Source: Novakomyces olei
Lineage: Eukaryota
DNA: 64,000 bases
Direction: 5' to 3'
NCBI GenBank assembly: GCA_016906335.1
Contig: JADEYG010000015.1
Location: 682,001-746,000, forward strand
Each line of letters starts with the position of its first letter. Position 1 is the stretch's first letter. The position numbers were made by a program, and so were the translations under genes. This document shows positions 61,905-64,000 of the stretch, one piece after another. The notes beneath the pieces are model-generated. The model saw nothing but the letters and a program-made list of their open reading frames with translations, was not told where the DNA came from and ran no database searches.

Positions 61905-63504
61905 CTAATCAATATTCCAGTCGCAGATAGGTCGTCCTTTTCTTATGTAGCACTTAGTAGCCGGCGAGTCAGGGCAGGTAAGATAAATCCAAGTCGTGCC
62001 TACGCACTGAGCCAGCCTTCCGCCAATACAGGTCTCTGTCCCGTGCTGACAAGTCTTTGTGTCAGACGCATTTGAGTCGTCAGAACCAGAATTGCTTTGG
62101 GCGTCTGCAGTGGTCGTGGCTTCAGGCGACTTTGAAGACACTAAGCTTGCCGGTACAGTCTGAGAACTTGGCGCTGCTTGTGCAGAGGACCAGTTGGTTT
62201 CTGGCGCCTCCGTTGGCTGAGTCGTTTTATTCTGTGGTACTAGTGTAGTAGGGTTAGCGTTATCCTGTGTCGTTTCAGCAGGCTGCGGGACTCCTTGTGA
62301 GCAGGTTTGCGTGGACGTTGTAGCAGACGGCTGCGGCGTAGATACCGATGTTTGGCTGGACTGTGACTCATGATCAATTTCCATCGACCGTCTCTTGATA
62401 GTTTGTACGAATGAATTTCCATCTGAATCTTTGTTTGCAAAAGCCGAGCTCGCGTCCCAGATGGACACACCACCAAATTTATCATAGGTGGCCTGCAGTG
62501 ACCGGGACAGATTGCCTATAAAATCTGCCGAAGCGTATCCAAAGGAAGCTGACTGAGCAGATCCAGGCACACCCATAAAGATGCGTACGTCTTTGTTAAT
62601 GCTGTCTACTTGAGACCATTGTGACCAGTCTACAAAATTGAAATCAGGGCCTTGAGCATTGCAAAAGTTATTGTAAAACTGAATGAAGACAAAGTCAACA
62701 TAAGAGTTTTCTAATAAGTTTCCCAGCACTCCGTCAGGGAAGGGGCATTGTGGTGCAGCAGATACAAGCACACCTGGGTTAATAGACCGCAATGTGCTTA
62801 TGAAGTTGATAAATGCTGAAGCTTCTCCTGTTTCGATATCTATATCAAATCCGTCAACGACAGCATCATCAAATGGCCGCTGTGAGCTTGATCCGGTGCC
62901 GAAGAAATCATTAAGCATGTGGGCTGCAGTAATTGCCATTGCGTCATCAACAAACCCGAATTCTGCTCCGGAGCCACCAATGGAGAGCAAGACTTTTTTG
63001 CCCCTTGACTGACAGGTCTTGATGTCCTGTCCTATTTGGCTGCAGTGTAATATATTTGTATTGGTGAAGTATGTTCCACACTGGTTGGAAAAATTGATCT
63101 CTGGCAATAGGTATGGCTCGGTGAGAGCGGTAACGAATGACAAAACTACTATATCAACATCGTCTGTGCAGTATTCCACCAGCCGGCCTTGATCCCCGTT
63201 TGAATTTTGTCCCCAGTAGATGGCTACATTGTTGTTGGCTTCCTTGTTGAACGCGAATACTTGGACTGCCAGTAAGGCAATTAACGTAAATAGCCGATTC
63301 TGTGTATTAGAAGGAAACAATGCACAAATTTTGAAAGATGGAGATGAAGTCAAACATGAATTATTGTATCTCGCAAAATGGTAAGGATCATTGAAGACTT
63401 GATCGATAAAGATCAAGTTTGCCCAAGACAACGAAAATGGACAATACTAATAGAATAAAACGGACATTTGAAATCGTGAGAAAAAAAAAGGCAACACGTA
63501 CCAT
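61905..63504 (-). CDS. Secreted GH18 class III (Cts1-like) chitinase with S/T linker and Cys-rich C-terminal chitin-binding module; first coding exon is only ATG
   Basis: ATG 63502-63504, then GTACGT...CTAATACACAG (63300-63501), then NRLFTLIALLAVQVFA. Motifs YWGQN, SIGG, DGFDIDIE, APQCPFPD, QFYNN. Confidence 0.92.
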
Positions 63505-64000
63505 TGCAAAAACCGAGCCTATAAAGAGTTGCTCTGCAAACCGTTTTGTACTGTACAGCAGGCCAGTCGACTAGCTTTATATAGGATGGCGTTTGACAGC
63601 TGAGCTTTTGCAGATCCCTAAAATGTGAGAGCGGTCCAGGATTATCTTGATATACCCTTAGCTTTATTCATAGACATGACTCAAAATTAGTCAAAACCTT
63701 GTGTGCAACGGCCATTTGAACTGCCTAATACCAGCCCTAGAGTCCTTATCCAGACAGTCCCTTTCCGGTACAGATGGCTAGCAAGACTTTTAAGCGAATA
63801 ATTAGTTTACTCGCCCAAAAAGGAAACAGCCCATGCAAGCTAAGTGTCTCATTATACCATAAATGATAGGTGAAGCTGTCTCTAAGTAATTATTTTAATT
63901 ATTTTAAACGGTAAAACTATAAGCTTCCGATACTCGCCACATTCGGAAATATGCTTGAGCTAAATTCAGATAGTGAAGGCAGGACAGGCCGAATGTGATT

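Overview
Gene-dense eukaryotic nuclear DNA from an intron-containing ascomycete fungus. It is probably Taphrinomycotina: the Rps26 (MTxKRRN) and Rpl14 (GFKRYV) N-termini and the Homol E/Homol D ribosomal-protein promoter boxes resemble Schizosaccharomyces (inference). I reconstructed about 26 protein-coding genes by hand, with about 45 short GT-AG introns, plus one tRNA-Phe. Genes: Apd1-like (3' end only), a small membrane protein, Rrn6, Mzt1, Ppn1, Adl1-type DNA ligase, a mitochondrial carrier, Elp4, Ccc1, Aar2, Rps26, Rpl40, Rpl14, a large acidic AT-hook protein, Sas10, Cyt1, Gdb1, Pex1, a WD40-cyclophilin, Uba4, Lcb1, Mcm7, a cation-chloride cotransporter, 1-Cys Prx, SAM synthetase, a GPI aspartic protease and a GH18 chitinase. 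No transposon, CRISPR or rRNA was seen. The best unexplained signals are: a structured, TATA-preceded minus-strand noncoding unit carrying a CUAACCCUAA telomerase-template-like motif (21400-21940); a perfect 18-bp inverted repeat inside a hairpin-rich 2-kb intergenic region; an intron splitting the Rpl40 start codon (A|TG); a possible poison 3' splice site in the long SAM synthetase intron; frequent AAG splice acceptors; and pervasive young tandem repeats. All coordinates were read by eye and may be off by a few bases.
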